DNA from: Pristiophorus japonicus
Taxonomy: Eukaryota
Reading direction: 5' to 3'
DNA length: 64,000 nucleotides
Assembly (NCBI RefSeq): GCF_044704955.1
Contig: NC_091984.1
Location: 179,180,001 to 179,244,000 of the forward strand
Positions 61,837 through 64,000 of this stretch are shown in pieces; position 1 is the stretch's first letter; each line of letters begins with the position of its first letter. Below the pieces are notes generated by a model that had not been told where the DNA came from, ran no database searches, and worked only from the letters and a program-made list of their open reading frames with translations. Position numbers and translations under genes: made by a program.

Positions 61837-62736
61837 TGCAGGAATATCGGGTCTTGGTCTATTATATCCATAGGAAACATTGTATAAGCAGCATGGCGAG
61901 TTACCGCTAATCCCACTTGATTGCGGACGTTCGACGAGGTTCTTAAATTTAAGCTTTTATTAGGCGCAAGTGCAATAATAGTCATCTTTTTAAAGTTTTT
62001 ATATGTTAAAAATTGTTCATTTACTAAGAAACTGACTCGTGTACACTAATTGAATTAATAAATGGATCTGTATTTTTTTTACAAATGTAATTTTCAGATA
62101 TTTAAAGTCATGTCACTCACGGGTGGTGGAGTAGATACGCTTAAGTAAAATGCTTATTTTTTTGTTAAAACCCATTTTCAGCTGTTTTAATAAAACTGCA
62201 CCAAGTTACCACTCTTAAATATATAATGGAATTGTTTAATACAAGGGGAAAAGGTGGAAAAATCAACAATTACGTTCTTCTAACATATTGCCCGATTGCA
62301 ATGGTTCATGGAAGATTTTATGTTTGTTATTATGCAAATGAATTGAGCGGAACCTTGAAACACTTGAGCCTCCTTTCACCCGCCGCCATTTAACCCTATC
62401 AGCATATCCTTCTATTCCTTTCTCTCTCAAGTTCGTATCTAGATTTCCCTTAAATGCAGCTATGCTTTTTTTCTAGTTACTGCTTGTGGTAGCGTGTTCC
62501 ATATTTTTACCACTATTTGGGTAAAGGCATTTCTCCTGAATTCCCCATTGGATTTATTAGTGTCTCTTATATTTACGACCTCTAGTTTGGGACTCTCCCG
62601 CAAGTGGAAACGTTTTCTTTATGTGCATCCTCTCAACTTCTTTCATTATTTCAAATACCTCCATCAGCTCACCCATTAGCCTTATTTTTTCTAGAGAAAA
62701 GAGCCTTAGCCTCTCCTGATAAGTATATTCTCTCAG

Positions 62737-63165
62737 TTAGAAACATAGAAACATAGAAAATAGGCGCAGGGGCAGGCCATTCGGCCTTTCGAGCCTGCAC
62801 CACCAGTCAATATGATCATGGCTGATCATGCAACTTCCGTACCCCACTCCCACCTTCTCTCCATACCCCATGATCCCCTTAGCTGTAAGGGCTAACCTCC
62901 TCTTGAATATACCCAACGAACTGAACTGAACAACTTTCTGCGGTAGAGAATTCCACAGGTTCGCCACTCTCTGGGTGAAAATGTTTCGCCTCATCTTGGT
63001 CCTATATGGCTTACTCCTTATTCTTAGATTGTGACCCCTGATTCTGGAATTCCCCAACATCGGGAACATTCTTCCTGCATCTAACCTGTCCAGTTCCATC
63101 ATAATTTTATATATTTCTATGAGAACCCCTCTCATTCTTCTAAATTCCAGTGAGTATAAGCCTAG
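62737..63165 (-). mobile_element. CR1 LINE 3' end
   Basis: MRGVLIEIYKIM..RLDAGRMFPMLG; reverse tail (AGAAACAT)n. Confidence 0.9.
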
Positions 63166-63167
63166 AC

Positions 63168-64000
63168 TATTATATATGAATAAAGAGTCTGACTGGATAA
63201 TGTGAGCTCAAAGTGAAATGTGACCTCAGTTTTTTATTGTAGGTCTCCAGAGTGCCTCTGCAGCCTGTGAGGCCTCCTGTATTACCTGTGCTCCCAATGG
63301 ATTGTGGCATCCCTTGGGACGCCAGGAGATAAGCCCTCTGGTGGCCCTACAAGGTATATAGAAGTTTGCATACATAACAACACTCCCCCACCCCCCAAAG
63401 TCAACAGTGTAACTATTTACAAAGTGAGTCGATCTGGGGCCTTTCTTTCCCTGGTTGATTGTCTTGATGCAAATGCTGGTTTGGGCCCCTGCTGGGCTGC
63501 TGTGCAGCTGGCCTTGCTGGACTGTCTGGTGTGGTGAGTCCTGCTGGGCTGTTGTGGGTGATGGGTTCTGCTTCGTGGACAACCGCTGTGTCAGTTGCCA
63601 CTGGTGTGCATGTTGGGGGGTCAAAGAAGGTAGGGTCCAATGTTGGTTGCTCAGAATAGTCCATAAATCTGAGTTTGATTTGGTCCAAGTGTTTCCGGTG
63701 AATGAGTGCGGTTGAAAGTTTCACGCGAAATACCCTGCTCAGCTCTTTGATCACAATAGTGCCGGGAAGCTACTTTGGACCTTGTCCATAATTCAATACA
63801 AATGCAGGATCATTGATTTTAATTTCGTGTGACACATTAGCGCTATCATGCTATGTACTTTGTTGAAGCCGCCTGCTCTCTACCTGTTTAGGTAGATCAG
63901 GGTGAACTAACGAAAGCCTTGTCTTAAGTGCCCTTTTCATGAGTAGTTCAGCAGGTGGAATCCCAGTGAGTGAGTGGGGTCTCGTGCGGTAGCTAAGCAG
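63168..64000 (-). mobile_element. Gypsy-like LTR retrotransposon 3' end (integrase C-terminus, PPT, 3' LTR)
   Basis: YRTRPHSLTGIPPAELLMKRALKTRLSLVHPDL..LNYGQGPK..HRKHLDQIKLRF; purine tract GGGGGGTGGGGGA (63384-63396) before an LTR starting TGTTATGT (63379) and ending ~63168. Confidence 0.85.

Noticed and set aside
62332-62339. Perfect octamer ATGCAAAT downstream of the orphan C exon
   Set aside because: No adjacent leader or V and none of the flanking promoter motifs; an 8-mer in AT-rich DNA is expected by chance.

Overview
This is eukaryotic DNA from a cartilaginous fish (shark/ray): a repeat-dense immunoglobulin light-chain locus. It holds two tandem minus-strand clusters of the elasmobranch type II/lambda isotype (leader, germline-joined VJ, C), about 24.5 kb apart. 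Cluster 1 (20850-24900) is intact. It has canonical splice sites, an octamer promoter and a poly(A) signal, and encodes a pre-joined VJ with an unusually short 5-residue CDR3 (C-FAGRT-F). Cluster 2 (45420-49410) has the same layout and promoter, but is a pseudogene with at least five lesions and a different 9-residue CDR3. A third, heavily decayed C exon with no visible V lies on the opposite strand (~61571-61836). The rest is mostly CR1 LINE fragments, a second shark LINE family, an RTE fragment and an RTE-tailed short element, DeuSINE/SacSINE1-like SINEs, a Penelope-like fragment with a hammerhead-like motif, a Gypsy LTR 3' end, and many PIF/Harbinger relics and MITEs. One dead Harbinger block occurs three times with a shared lesion, suggesting segmental duplication. 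I found no clearly new biological system: germline-joined lambda clusters are known in sharks. The best leads are the short-CDR3 intact gene, the conserved promoter module and the duplication history. Repeat family names come from recognition, not database searches, and repeat boundaries are approximate.
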